64,000 bases of DNA from an uncultured Actinomycetes bacterium. Lineage in GTDB: Bacteria; Actinomycetota; Thermoleophilia; RBG-16-64-13. Shown here piece after piece: positions 1 through 9,355 of this stretch; the stretch's first letter is position 1; each line of letters begins with the position of its first letter. The notes under the pieces were generated by a model. The model made no database searches, was not told where the DNA came from, and was given only the letters and a program-made list of their open reading frames with translations. The position numbers and the translations under genes are program-made. The stretch covers positions 192,001 through 256,000 of the forward strand of contig CAWJDT010000004.1 of NCBI GenBank assembly GCA_963841735.1, in the 5' to 3' direction.

Positions 1-300
1 GGCTCATTGCGCATCGCCGACCCACGACTTCAGGAGGCGGTCTTTGGCGCCCTGGGTCTCGAAGAGGCTGATATCAAGGCCAAGTTTGGCTTTTTGGTGG
101 AGGCGATGGACTACGGTATCCCGCCTCACGGGGGCATCGGACTGGGACTCGACCGCACCGTGATGCTCATGGCGGGGGAGTCGTCCATCCGCGAAGTGAT
201 TGCCTTCCCCAAGACCCAGAGTGGCTCGTGTCCGTTGACAGACGCCCCCTCGGAAGTGAGTGCGGAGCAGTTGCGAGAAGTCGGTATCCGCACCGTGTGA
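1..300 (+). CDS. aspS: Aspartyl-tRNA synthetase, C-terminal part (truncated by window edge)
   Basis: Motif 3 [15 protein letters not shown] and [10 protein letters not shown]...LTDAPS C-terminus typical of AspRS. Confidence 0.97.
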   Translation, partial: GSLRIADPRLQEAVFGALGLEEADIKAKFGFLVEAMDYGIPPHGGIGLGLDRTVMLMAGESSIREVIAFPKTQSGSCPLTDAPSEVSAEQLREVGIRTV

Positions 301-308
301 GCCCTGCG

Positions 309-337
309 TTGCCGCTTATGGGGGCTTGTGCTAACCT
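309..337 (+). promoter_or_regulatory. Housekeeping-sigma promoter for the putative 6S RNA
   Basis: TTGCCG(309-314)-N17-TAACCT(332-337) with a TG extended -10; predicted start ~344 matches the 5' end of the long stem. Confidence 0.6.
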
Positions 338-343
338 CAGCTC

Positions 344-492
344 GCTCGACCTTGCGCGTGATCTGGCCTCAACTTGAGCCAACACACATCGCTTGGGAGG
401 CTTGTTCACCTGAACGGCGTATATCCTTTCAGGGACGGCCACCCACCTGCTTAGGCAGGTTCAAGCGACTGTCAGACACGGCAAGGTGGAGC
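344..492 (+). ncRNA. ssrS: Probable 6S RNA
   Basis: 5' GCTCGACCTTGCGCGTG pairs with 3' CACGGCAAGGTGGAGC; inner stems TCTGGC/GTCAGA and TTGAGC/GTTCAA; central bubble; CCCACCTGC..GCAGGTTCAA signature; located directly after aspS as in many Gram-positives. Confidence 0.8.
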
Positions 493-513
493 ATTCTTCT
501 AGGAGGGAACATT

Positions 514-1020
514 ATGCTAGGACGGAGTAGCCGGCGGCTAGTAGTCCTGCTCATCGTCGGGCTAGCAGCCTTCTTCGTAGGAGGCTGCGGTGGCGGAGCG
601 GATGTGACCACCTCGACCACCACAAAGAGCGTGGTTACTACGCTGCCCTCGGGAGGGTTCGGCGGGGACGACGCGCGCATCGGTGCGACGATCAAACCCA
701 CAGTCGATACTCCCCAGGCTTTCATTGACGTCTACGCGACCCAGCCTATCGTGGTCTTGTTCTACGTCTCAGGCGGACGTGATGATGAATTGGTGAGGCA
801 GAACCTGGAAACGTTGCAGCCCTCCTTCGGAGCGTATGCGTTCTTCTCTTACGACTACAGCGACCCTGAGGCATATGGCGATGTTGCCACCCTGCTGGCC
901 GTGGACTATGCGCCGCTGATCGCGATGATAGATCGACAGGGCATAATTCAGACCGTCTGGAGCGGATTCGTGGACGAAGGGAGCCTCAACCAGAGCCTGG
1001 TTAACCTCGGTCGCGATTGA
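514..1020 (+). CDS. Lipoprotein with Thr-rich linker and probable thioredoxin-like fold lacking CxxC
   Basis: RBS AGGAGG at 501-506, ATG 514; signal peptide ending in lipobox VGGC; IVVLFY...PLIAMIDRQG..WSGFVDE pattern. Confidence 0.65.
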   Translation: MLGRSSRRLVVLLIVGLAAFFVGGCGGGADVTTSTTTKSVVTTLPSGGFGGDDARIGATIKPTVDTPQAFIDVYATQPIVVLFYVSGGRDDELVRQNLETLQPSFGAYAFFSYDYSDPEAYGDVATLLAVDYAPLIAMIDRQGIIQTVWSGFVDEGSLNQSLVNLGRD

Positions 1021-1093
1021 GCGGAACCGATAGGCAAGACGACTCCGAAGGCCGGGCGATCCCGGCCTTCACCATGAATGGTAAGGGGCGAAT

Positions 1094-2185
1094 GTGACGG
1101 TCCTTCCAAGGCAGGCAGAGGGACAAGGGGTGGCCGTCGGCATGAGCGGCGGCGTAGACAGCGCTGTGACAGCGTTTCTGCTCCAACAACAGGGGCATCG
1201 AGTAGTCGGCGTGACTCTGCGGCTATGGAGCGACCCAGAGGTTCACGACGAACGAGCCTGCTGCTCGCCCGAGACGGCCGAGCGGGCGAAGACAGTCGCT
1301 CATCACCTTGGCATCCCGCACTTAGTGATCGATGCGGTCGAGGAATTTCGAGAGAAGGTCGTTGAGTATTTCATTGCTGAGTACGGTCGTGGCCGTACTC
1401 CCAACCCTTGCGCAAAGTGCAACTCCAGACTCAGATTCGAGCTTCTCCTGTGTGTGGCGCGTAGGTTGGGTCTTGAAGCGGTGGCCACGGGCCACTATGC
1501 GCGTTTGCTTGGAGACCCTGCCGTTCTCGCTCGCGGTGTAGACCCGGTTAAGGACCAATCGTACGTGCTTGCGGAGGTCTCGCCGGAAACCCTGAGGCAA
1601 TGCATCTTCCCGCTCGGCACTATGACAAAGGCCGAGGTGCGCGCGGTGGCGGCTCAGGCTGGTTTGGCTCAGCGGATCTCCCCCGAGAGCCAAGAGATCT
1701 GCTTCGTCCCCAATGACGACTACCGCTCGTTCCTGCGGAAGAGCATAGGAGAGCGCCCTGGGGCTATCGTCGACGTAAGCGGAAAGGCGTTGGGGGAGCA
1801 TTCGGGCACCTACAACTTCACCATCGGACAACGTAAGGGCCTCGGCATAGGCTTTCACGAGCCTCTGCAGGTAGTAGCGCTTGATGCAGACCAAGCTCTC
1901 GTGATGGTCGGCGCGCCGGACGCGGGTAGGGTGAGGGCCGTCGAGTTGAGCGACGTGGTAGTCCATCAGCAAGCTCCTGTAGGTGCGGTTGGCGCGCAGC
2001 TGCGCTCGCAAGGCCACGCTTTGCCCGCGTGGGTAGAGGGAGGGCATCGAGTGGTGCTGGAGCGGCCCGAGGGGGGTGTTGCGCCCGGCCAGACGGCGGT
2101 AGTCTACGAAGGAGATAGGGTGGTGTTGGCCGGGACCATAGCCTCGACTGAGGGCTTGATGGGCGTCGAGAGGGAGCGCCCTTAG
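1094..2185 (+). CDS. mnmA: tRNA-specific 2-thiouridylase
   Basis: SGGVDS PP-loop, TPNPCxxCN, ATGHYA, KDQSY, ESQEICF, TIGQRKGLG, PGQ. Confidence 0.97.
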   Translation: MTVLPRQAEGQGVAVGMSGGVDSAVTAFLLQQQGHRVVGVTLRLWSDPEVHDERACCSPETAERAKTVAHHLGIPHLVIDAVEEFREKVVEYFIAEYGRGRTPNPCAKCNSRLRFELLLCVARRLGLEAVATGHYARLLGDPAVLARGVDPVKDQSYVLAEVSPETLRQCIFPLGTMTKAEVRAVAAQAGLAQRISPESQEICFVPNDDYRSFLRKSIGERPGAIVDVSGKALGEHSGTYNFTIGQRKGLGIGFHEPLQVVALDADQALVMVGAPDAGRVRAVELSDVVVHQQAPVGAVGAQLRSQGHALPAWVEGGHRVVLERPEGGVAPGQTAVVYEGDRVVLAGTIASTEGLMGVERERP

Positions 2186-2249
2186 AGCGGGCCAAAACAG
2201 GCCCTGTGGTATAGTTTTGACGTTTCGAGATACGGGAAGGGAGCCGCAG

Positions 2250-2624
2250 ATGGAATGGAGCCTCGGCGAGATCATGAAGCTTTGTATCGGCTTCTTCTTC
2301 GTGGCGCTCGGGGTAGGAGCGGCCTTCGCGCTATTCCGTCTTGCCAGCGTGTTGAAGAGAATGACGAGCATTCTGACCGACGCGAACACAAAGGTGATCC
2401 CTCTTCTTACGCGTGTCGAGACCACTCTCGACGGAGTGAATGCCGAACTGGACAAAGTGGACCAACTAACCGGGTCGGTGGTTCAGATCGTGAAGGCGGC
2501 GGAACACACGACGACCGCCGTCCACGACGCTGTGGCAAGGCCTATGCGCAAGATAGCAGGCGTGGCATCTGGTGTCAGCGAGGGAGTGTCTTCATTTTTT
2601 GCGGGCAAGCGAAAGGAGAATTGA
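2250..2624 (+). CDS. DUF948 (YoxC/YtxG-like) membrane-anchored coiled-coil protein
   Basis: N-terminal TM helix followed by amphipathic coiled coil; paired with a YtxH-like gene. Confidence 0.7.
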   Translation: MEWSLGEIMKLCIGFFFVALGVGAAFALFRLASVLKRMTSILTDANTKVIPLLTRVETTLDGVNAELDKVDQLTGSVVQIVKAAEHTTTAVHDAVARPMRKIAGVASGVSEGVSSFFAGKRKEN

Positions 2625-2881
2625 TGGGAACGTTTCGTTCGCTGTTGATCTTGGGGACTGGAGTGGTCATTGGTGGGGCTGTGCTCATCGCCTATCGGAT
2701 CTCACAGGAGACCGGGAAGCCCTTGCAGGACGCGCTGCTGGACGTGCCGGCGGAAGCCGGTCGCATGTTCGCAGACGTGAGGGAGCGCGCGACCGAGGCC
2801 GTCGATCGCGGGCGCGAGATGTACGAACAGCGCCAAAACGCTTTTGCAGAGCAGTATGAGGGCGAGCCGACTGCTGAGTAG
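2624..2881 (+). CDS. YtxH-like small membrane protein
   Basis: RBS AAGGAG, ATG overlaps the previous stop; Gly-rich TM helix then ETGK and a helical tail. Confidence 0.6.
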   Translation: MGTFRSLLILGTGVVIGGAVLIAYRISQETGKPLQDALLDVPAEAGRMFADVRERATEAVDRGREMYEQRQNAFAEQYEGEPTAE

Positions 2882-2883
2882 CA

Positions 2884-3303
2884 GTGGCGGTTTCGCATGT
2901 GAGCACTAGTCAAGACATCGTTGTACTGCACACCCCAAGGGGCGCGCAGGCTCTGCCATTGATGCGCGTGGTCATGGGAGGAGTGGCATCTCGACATGAC
3001 ATTCCTCTGGAACGGCTGGACGATCTCCAGCTGGCCGTTGAGACGCTGCTGGCAGAAGAGACGGCGGACGGTGGTGAGTTGGGCCTGATCGTATCCTGCG
3101 ATGCCGCGGCCTTGACGATAAGGCTCGAGGGTCTTGCCAACCAGGCGTTACGCACGGCCCTAGTAGCCCCTGATGCTTTTCGGCCGAGTTCGCTGTGTCG
3201 GCTGGACGTTCGTTTGTTCCTCGACGCCTTGGTAGACGGTTACCAGGTGGTCGGAGAAGCCGGCGGGGTCTTTGCGGTCGAGATGGAGAAACGGACCCGC
3301 TAG
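2884..3303 (+). CDS. RsbW-like anti-sigma factor (degenerate HATPase_c)
   Basis: LMRVVMGGVASR...LDDLQLAVE N-box, ALVD..VEMEK end; directly upstream of a SigB/F-type sigma. Confidence 0.7.
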   Translation: MAVSHVSTSQDIVVLHTPRGAQALPLMRVVMGGVASRHDIPLERLDDLQLAVETLLAEETADGGELGLIVSCDAAALTIRLEGLANQALRTALVAPDAFRPSSLCRLDVRLFLDALVDGYQVVGEAGGVFAVEMEKRTR

Positions 3304-4149
3304 ATGGGGGAAGAGGGGCGGGCAAACACTCAGAAGAGCTCCCTTGGGTCGGAGACGGCATTCGGCGAGCGTATCGAATCGGTGCCCGAAAGGGCCCTTC
3401 TCATCAGGATCAGGGACGGCGATACGGCTGCCCGCCAGGAGCTGATAACGCGTTACCTACCTTTGGTGAGAAGCATCGCTAGGCGCTTTGCGTCGCGGGG
3501 GCAGCCTGTGGAAGACCTTACTCAAGTGGGGTCCATCGGGCTTATCAAGGCGGTCGACCGCTTCGATCTTGAGAGGGGAGTGGAGTTGTCGACGTATGCC
3601 ACTCCGACCATAATGGGCGAGATCAAGCGCTACTTCCGGGACAAGGGCTGGGCCGTCAAAGTGCCCCGAGCGCTGCAGGACCTGAATGTTCGGCTCAATA
3701 AGCTCCTAGAGCAGCTCACGGTTGATCTGCAGAGATCGCCCAGTATCGCTGAACTCGCGACGGCGGCCGGGGTTAGCGAGGAGGAAGTGGTAGAGGCGAT
3801 GGAGAGCGGGCGCGCCTATAGTTCGGTCTCCATCTTCTCCGGGGGGGCAAATGAAGAAGATGACTCTTTGGAGATCCTGGATTGCCTTGGGAAGGAAGAG
3901 CCGGCATACGAGATATTCGAGCAGCGCCGGCTGCTTGCGCCGGCCATGGAGCGCTTGGACCCTCGAGAGCGTCTCATCCTTCACCTGCGCTTCTTTGAGG
4001 GCATGACGCAGACGCAGGTGGCCGCGCGCATAGGCATCTCCCAGATGCACGTGTCGCGGCTCATCCGCAAGTCTATCGAGAATCTCCGGCAGAACATATT
4101 GGAAACCGAGGTCCTGGTAGAGAGCGCCAGGGGGAGAGGTAAGGGCTAG
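3304..4149 (+). CDS. RNA polymerase sigma factor, SigB/SigF/SigG family
   Basis: EDLTQVGSIGLIKAVDRFD, YATPTIMGEIKRYFRDKGWAVKVPR, region 4 TQTQVAARIGISQMHVSRL. Confidence 0.95.
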   Translation: MGEEGRANTQKSSLGSETAFGERIESVPERALLIRIRDGDTAARQELITRYLPLVRSIARRFASRGQPVEDLTQVGSIGLIKAVDRFDLERGVELSTYATPTIMGEIKRYFRDKGWAVKVPRALQDLNVRLNKLLEQLTVDLQRSPSIAELATAAGVSEEEVVEAMESGRAYSSVSIFSGGANEEDDSLEILDCLGKEEPAYEIFEQRRLLAPAMERLDPRERLILHLRFFEGMTQTQVAARIGISQMHVSRLIRKSIENLRQNILETEVLVESARGRGKG

Positions 4150-4153
4150 AGGC

Positions 4154-6787
4154 GTGAAGACGGCCGAGCTGCGCAAGATGTTTCTTGACTATTTCGTAGA
4201 ACAGGGGCACCTGCTGGTGCCAAGTTCTTCCCTGGTGCCGTTTAAGGATCCTTCAGTGCTCCTTACCACTGCGGGAATGCAGCAGTTCAAGCCCTATTTC
4301 CTGGGCCTAGCCGAACCACCAAGCCGGCGCCTTGCCAGCGTCCAGAAATGCTTTCGCACGTCCGACATAGACAAGGTCGGCCTTACTGCTCGGCACTGTA
4401 CGTTCTTCGAGATGCTGGGCAACTTCTCGGTAGGAGACTACTTCAAGGAGGGCGCGATCCGCTTTGCCTGGGAGTTCTCACTGGACTACCTGAAGTTCGA
4501 CCGTGAGCGCCTATGGGTCTCGTATTTCGAAGGCGACGATGCCATCGACCCGGATACTGAGGCCCAGGAACTATGGACAGCGGTAGGAATGCCCAGGGAG
4601 CGCATGGTAGGTCTACCTCGCAGCGACAACTTCTGGGGTCCCGTAGGCAACAGCGGACCCTGTGGACCGTGCTCGGAGCTGTATTACGACCGGGGCCTCG
4701 CCTTTGGGTGCGATGACCCCGAGTGCCGGCCGGGATGTGACTGCGATCGTTTCGTGGAATATTGGAATTTGGTCTTCACCGGCTACAACATGGATGAACA
4801 GCAGCAGCTTAGTCCCTTGCCCGCGCAGAATATCGACACAGGCATGGGTCTGGAACGGGTGGCGGCCCTCAAGCAGGGGGCAGAGTCGGTCTTCTTCGTC
4901 GATGTGTTCGAGCCGCTGATCGAGCTTGGTGAGGAGATCGCCGAGCGGCGCTTCGGTGAGGATCCCAAGCTGGACGTGGCTCTCAGGGTGTTGGCCGACC
5001 ACTCGCGGGCGATCGCTTTCTTGGTGGCCGACGGGGTGATCCCGAGCAATGAAGGGCGGGGCTATGTGCTGCGGCGCGTCTTGCGGCGGGCCGCCCGTAT
5101 TAGCCGGTCTGCCGGTATGCAGCCGCCTTTCCTCGGCCGTTTCGTAGACCGGGTGGTCGAGGTCATGGGCGGGGCGTATCCGGAGTTGGCCGAGCGACGG
5201 GACGGCATCGTGCGGGTGGCCAAGGCCGAGGAGGAACGCTTCAATCGCACGCTGGACCAGGGTTTGGTGTTGGTGGAGGAAGCAATGGGCAAGGCAACTG
5301 CGGAGGGGAGCGAGGTCTTCCCAGGATCAGTGGCCTTCATGCTGCACGACACGTTTGGCTTCCCCGTGGAAGTCACTCGCGAGATAGTTGAGGAACGGGG
5401 CTTCGCTCTGGATTTCACGGGTTTTGAAAGTGCGATGGAAGGACAGAGAAGGCGTGCTCGTGGAGCTCAGAAGGGTGATGACACGCTTGGCAACGCCCTA
5501 GTGAGGTTTGCGCGGGAAACTGTTCACCCAACTGTGTTCCTGGGCTACGAGCGCGAAGACTTGTTCACGGTAGTTGAGAACGTTGCATCGCTCCTCGACG
5601 GTCGGTTAGCGGTCGCTCTGCGTGAGAGTCCCTTCTATGCCGAATCTGGAGGCCAGACTGCGGATCTGGGCTTCATCGAATCCGATGAAGGCAGGGCCGC
5701 AGTAGAAGACGTTCAACAGCACGGCGAGGTGCAGGTGATTGTGGCGCGCGTGCTTGATGGTCGCCTGGAAGCGGGGACCCGCGTCAAGGCGTCACTCTCG
5801 TTGAGCCACCGGCACGACGTGGCAGCCAATCATACCGCGACTCACTTGCTCCACTGGGCCCTAAGAACCCGTCTCGGGAAGGACGTCACGCAAGCCGGTT
5901 CGTCCGTACGGGCCGACAAGTTTCGCTTTGATTTCGCTTACCACGAACCCCTTGGAGTAAAGCGGCTCAATGAGGTGGAAGAAGCGGTCAACCGGCGAAT
6001 CGTCGAGAACCACCCTGTGCGGACCTTCACCACCACTCTCGAGCACGCAAGAGACCTAGGAGCCATGGCTCTCTTCGGAGAGAAGTATGCGGACTTTGTC
6101 AGGCTTGTGGAGATCGATGACTTCAGCAGGGAACTGTGTGGGGGTACTCACGTCGGGAGCACCAGTGAGTTGGGTGTCTTCAAGATAGTGTCTGAGGGTA
6201 GCGTGGGAGCCAACATACGCAGGATCGAGGCGGTGACCGGCCGCGAAGCGGTGGCCTACTACCGGATGCGGGATGCGATGGCCGGCAAGGCTGCGGAAGC
6301 ACTTGGGTCAGCAAATGACGATCTGCTGCGCGCTGTGGAGCGCACAGTGGCGCACATGCACTCCCTGGAGGAGCAAGTGCGAGCGTCTAGGGCCGACACG
6401 GCCAAAGACCTTGCTCAATCTCTCGCGGCTTGCTCGTCACTACAGAATGGTGTGTCCATAGTGGCCGAGGTCGCACAAGCTCACGATATGAGGCACCTGT
6501 TGTCGCTTGTCGATCAAGTGCGCAATAGAACCGCTCCCTCAGTCGTCGCACTGGGGGCCGAGCTGGATGGCAAGGGAGTGTTGGTTGTCAGCGTTACACC
6601 AGGCGTGACCGGGGTAGACGCGGGTGCCATCGTGAAGGCCTGTGCTCAGCAATTTGGTGGAGGCGGCGGCGGCAACGCTCAATTGGGCCGCGGGGGCGGC
6701 AGTGATCCGGCTCGACTTCCGGAGGCGGTCGCAGCTGCCAAACTTGCTGCGATAAGGGGCCTAGAGGCGGCGGGTTGCGCGTCCTAG
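4154..6787 (+). CDS. alaS: Alanyl-tRNA synthetase
   Basis: AGMQQFKPYF, TFFEMLGNFS, GPCGPCSE, IDTGMGLER, HTATHLLH, ELCGGTH, GGGGGG. Confidence 0.99.
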   Translation: MKTAELRKMFLDYFVEQGHLLVPSSSLVPFKDPSVLLTTAGMQQFKPYFLGLAEPPSRRLASVQKCFRTSDIDKVGLTARHCTFFEMLGNFSVGDYFKEGAIRFAWEFSLDYLKFDRERLWVSYFEGDDAIDPDTEAQELWTAVGMPRERMVGLPRSDNFWGPVGNSGPCGPCSELYYDRGLAFGCDDPECRPGCDCDRFVEYWNLVFTGYNMDEQQQLSPLPAQNIDTGMGLERVAALKQGAESVFFVDVFEPLIELGEEIAERRFGEDPKLDVALRVLADHSRAIAFLVADGVIPSNEGRGYVLRRVLRRAARISRSAGMQPPFLGRFVDRVVEVMGGAYPELAERRDGIVRVAKAEEERFNRTLDQGLVLVEEAMGKATAEGSEVFPGSVAFMLHDTFGFPVEVTREIVEERGFALDFTGFESAMEGQRRRARGAQKGDDTLGNALVRFARETVHPTVFLGYEREDLFTVVENVASLLDGRLAVALRESPFYAESGGQTADLGFIESDEGRAAVEDVQQHGEVQVIVARVLDGRLEAGTRVKASLSLSHRHDVAANHTATHLLHWALRTRLGKDVTQAGSSVRADKFRFDFAYHEPLGVKRLNEVEEAVNRRIVENHPVRTFTTTLEHARDLGAMALFGEKYADFVRLVEIDDFSRELCGGTHVGSTSELGVFKIVSEGSVGANIRRIEAVTGREAVAYYRMRDAMAGKAAEALGSANDDLLRAVERTVAHMHSLEEQVRASRADTAKDLAQSLAACSSLQNGVSIVAEVAQAHDMRHLLSLVDQVRNRTAPSVVALGAELDGKGVLVVSVTPGVTGVDAGAIVKACAQQFGGGGGGNAQLGRGGGSDPARLPEAVAAAKLAAIRGLEAAGCAS

Positions 6788-7194
6788 GAGTGGACTTTGG
6801 GAGCAGACGTACGGGACTGGCGCTGTCGGACCCGCTTCGAGTGACGTGCCGTCCCCTTGAGGTACTTACCGAGCGCAATCAGGAAGTGCTTATCAAGGGT
6901 ATTCTGAGTAGGTCCAGAAATGAGGGAGTGACGTTGATTGTGGTGGGACTCCCGAGACCTTTGGGGGGAGGAACGAATAGTCAGATGACACAGGTCCTAG
7001 ACTTTGTCCGACATCTGCAGCTCGAAACGAGCATTCCTGTCGATACATGGGACGAGCGGTTTACTTCACGCCTTGCCGAACAGGGTCACTCGTCGTCGGA
7101 GGCGCGGGACGCCGTGGCTGCGTGCTATATGTTGCAGAATTATCTCGACGCGCACACCGACATCACGAGGCAAGATTCAAGTGAACATATATAG
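6775..7194 (+). CDS. ruvX: YqgF/RuvX family pre-16S rRNA nuclease
   Basis: LGVDFGSRRTGLALSD, VVGLP, DERFTS, DAVAA; conserved alaS-ruvX-mltG synteny. Confidence 0.93.
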   Translation: MRVLGVDFGSRRTGLALSDPLRVTCRPLEVLTERNQEVLIKGILSRSRNEGVTLIVVGLPRPLGGGTNSQMTQVLDFVRHLQLETSIPVDTWDERFTSRLAEQGHSSSEARDAVAACYMLQNYLDAHTDITRQDSSEHI

Positions 7195-8320
7195 GCACAG
7201 CCGGGGCCCCGGCCGAAAGCAGAATAGTGAGCGGGGTTCCAGCACGACATGGGGCCGACAAGACAGAGGGCGCGGTTGGCGTCGGTGGCTCTTGCGCGCT
7301 GTCGTAGTGATCGGGTTCCTGGGCTTTGTCTCGGGGGCGGCATATTTCGTTAATCGGGGGGTCGATTGGTATCAGGAGCGATCCACCACCACTACCGAAC
7401 ACGAGGCGACCAACACGACTAGATCGGTCACGATAGCCTCGGGCACCTCTGCGGCCGAAGTGGGACGCCTGCTCGAAGACGGGGGAGTTATCGAGTCGGC
7501 GGCAGAGTTCGTCGACGTAGTGAAGTCGCGGGGTACCGAGAGCGCGCTGCTGCCGGGTAAGTACGTGTTCAGCGAAGGGCTTGCCTTGATCGATGTGGTG
7601 GACATGCTTGAGACAGGTAAGGGAGCGTCCATCTTCAAGGTCACTATCCCCGAAGGCCTGGCGGTCTCCCAGGTCGCGGCCGCTCTGACGGATGACGGAC
7701 ACATAGCGGGCAACAGCTACCTCGAGGTAGCCACGAGCCCAGAGGATTTCGAACTGCCCCAAGTGGGCGGAGAGGTTCCAACCGGGCTGACGACTCTGGA
7801 GGGGCTGCTATACCCCAGCACCTATTGGCTCACGGAGGGCGATGGTGCTACACAGCTTGTCGGTGCGCAGTTGGCAGCATTTGCTCAGAAGACCGCGAAC
7901 CTGCCGTGGGCGAACGCGGAGGCTCTCGGCCTGACCCCCTACGAAATCGTCATCGTTGCGTCTCTGATCGAGAGGGAGGTCAGCGTACCCGAGGAAAGAC
8001 CCGTCGTGGCGGCTGTGATCTACAATCGCCTCAAGGAGGGCATGACTCTCGGCATCGACGCGACGGTCCGCTACGCACTGAACAAGTGGACAGGAGCACT
8101 TACCTCTGAAGATTTGAAGGTAGATTCAGCCTACAACACCCGGTTAGAGAAGGGCCTTCCGCCGACGCCCATCGCCAACCCACGGGTGGAGTCGCTGCAG
8201 GCCGCCCTCGAGCCTGATGACGTGGACTACCTCTACTACGTGCTAGAAGACACCCAGGGCAACCATTTCTTCACGGCCTCTTACGACGATTTTCTCCAGG
8301 CGAAGGAGAATCAGCCCTAG
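7181..8320 (+). CDS. mltG: Endolytic transglycosylase MltG (start uncertain)
   Basis: TM anchor, VTIPEG, LEGLLYPSTY, ASLIERE, LGIDAT, YNT...GLPPTPIANP. Confidence 0.95.
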   Translation: MNIYRHSRGPGRKQNSERGSSTTWGRQDRGRGWRRWLLRAVVVIGFLGFVSGAAYFVNRGVDWYQERSTTTTEHEATNTTRSVTIASGTSAAEVGRLLEDGGVIESAAEFVDVVKSRGTESALLPGKYVFSEGLALIDVVDMLETGKGASIFKVTIPEGLAVSQVAAALTDDGHIAGNSYLEVATSPEDFELPQVGGEVPTGLTTLEGLLYPSTYWLTEGDGATQLVGAQLAAFAQKTANLPWANAEALGLTPYEIVIVASLIEREVSVPEERPVVAAVIYNRLKEGMTLGIDATVRYALNKWTGALTSEDLKVDSAYNTRLEKGLPPTPIANPRVESLQAALEPDDVDYLYYVLEDTQGNHFFTASYDDFLQAKENQP

Positions 8321-8477
8321 CAACAGGCCTGGGCGCCGCCGCCGCGCTTCTGCACCAGTCAGCACTGAAGGCCAACGGCGAGCCAACGTCGAACTTAGGT
8401 ATCAGTTCGGGTGTCGCCGGTCTGAGGTAGGCTGATTGACTGACGGGGCACCCACGTGAGCTGAAGAGGAGGCACAG

Positions 8478-9336
8478 TTGGCGGCCGGAGGCACGAATAT
8501 CAGCGCGGCAACTAGACTGCTGTGTGTCCTGGGCCATCCCGTGCACCACTCACTGTCACCGAGGATCCACAACGCGGCCTTTCAGCACCAAGGACTGGAT
8601 CTGGCGTACTTGGCCTTCGACGTGCCGGCCGGAGAGCTTGCTGACGCGTTTTCGGCCCTCCGCCTACTGGGCGCGAGGGGTGCGAACCTGACCATTCCGC
8701 ATAAGGAGGCGGCGCTGGCCTTGGTCGACGAAGTTGACCCAGCGGCCGCCAGAATCGGCGCCATCAACACCGTGGTAAACCATAAAGGGCGGCTTACCGG
8801 GCACAATACCGACGTCAGTGGGTTTGCCGCTGCCCTGTGCACTATGCGACCCGGAGGAGCGCGGGGTCTTCGATGTGTGGTAGTCGGCGCAGGAGGGGCT
8901 GCTCGTGCGGTGGTGGCCGCATTGGTCGATGGGGGTGCCGAACACGTTTGGATCTGCAACCGCACTCACCAGCGCGCTGTGATGCTGTGCAGAGCTGCGG
9001 CGGCATGGGGAAACGTGCCCTGCGAGGTGATTACGGCAGAAGCGGTATCCGGAGTCATTTCAGGGGCCGACCTCATCGTCAACGCCACCTCTTTGGGGCT
9101 GGTGGCGTCGGTCAAGGACTTTGCTATTGATGTCGATAATCTGCAGTGTGGCCATATAGTGGTGGACCTCGTCTACGGGTGATGGATCCACCGCCTTGGT
9201 TCAAGCGGCACAAGCCAAGGGCGCACGCGCCATTGATGGCAAGGAGATGCTGGTTATGCAGGCTGCCGATTCATACCGGTTGTGGACGGGTCGAGAGCCT
9301 CCGGTCGATGTGATGCGCGCCGCGGCGGAGCGTTGA
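8478..9336 (+). pseudogene. aroE: Shikimate dehydrogenase with a +1 frameshift at the GGG run 9177-9179 (pseudogene or sequencing error)
   Basis: GHPVHHSLSP, NLTIPHK, GAINT, NTD, GAGGAARA, DLVY; removing one G restores GDGSTALVQAAQAKGARAIDGKEMLVMQAADSYRLWTG...ER* ending at 9336. Confidence 0.9.
9112..9139 (+). promoter_or_regulatory. Sigma28/WhiG-like promoter inside aroE, upstream of pilB
   Basis: TCAA-N16-GTCGATAA, same architecture as the motifs before pilC and pilM. Confidence 0.6.
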
Positions 9337-9355
9337 GAAAGGTGATACGGCTCTA

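Noticed and set aside
328-513. N-terminal extension of the 328..1020 ORF
   Set aside because: Overlaps the 6S-like RNA; a strong RBS and signal peptide place the start at 514
1322-2455. 377-aa minus-strand ORF, and similar long antisense ORFs (e.g. 9353..10045, 40795..42615, 49418..50281, 32696..33640)
   Set aside because: Shadow frames of well-supported genes in high-GC DNA; no motifs
8366-8395. TGAA-N18-GTCGAACT upstream of aroE as a fourth WhiG-like promoter
   Set aside because: Spacer is 18 rather than 16 and the -10 deviates; too weak to call
9180-9182. Selenocysteine or stop readthrough at the aroE TGA
   Set aside because: The missing C-terminus is in a different frame, so readthrough would not restore it
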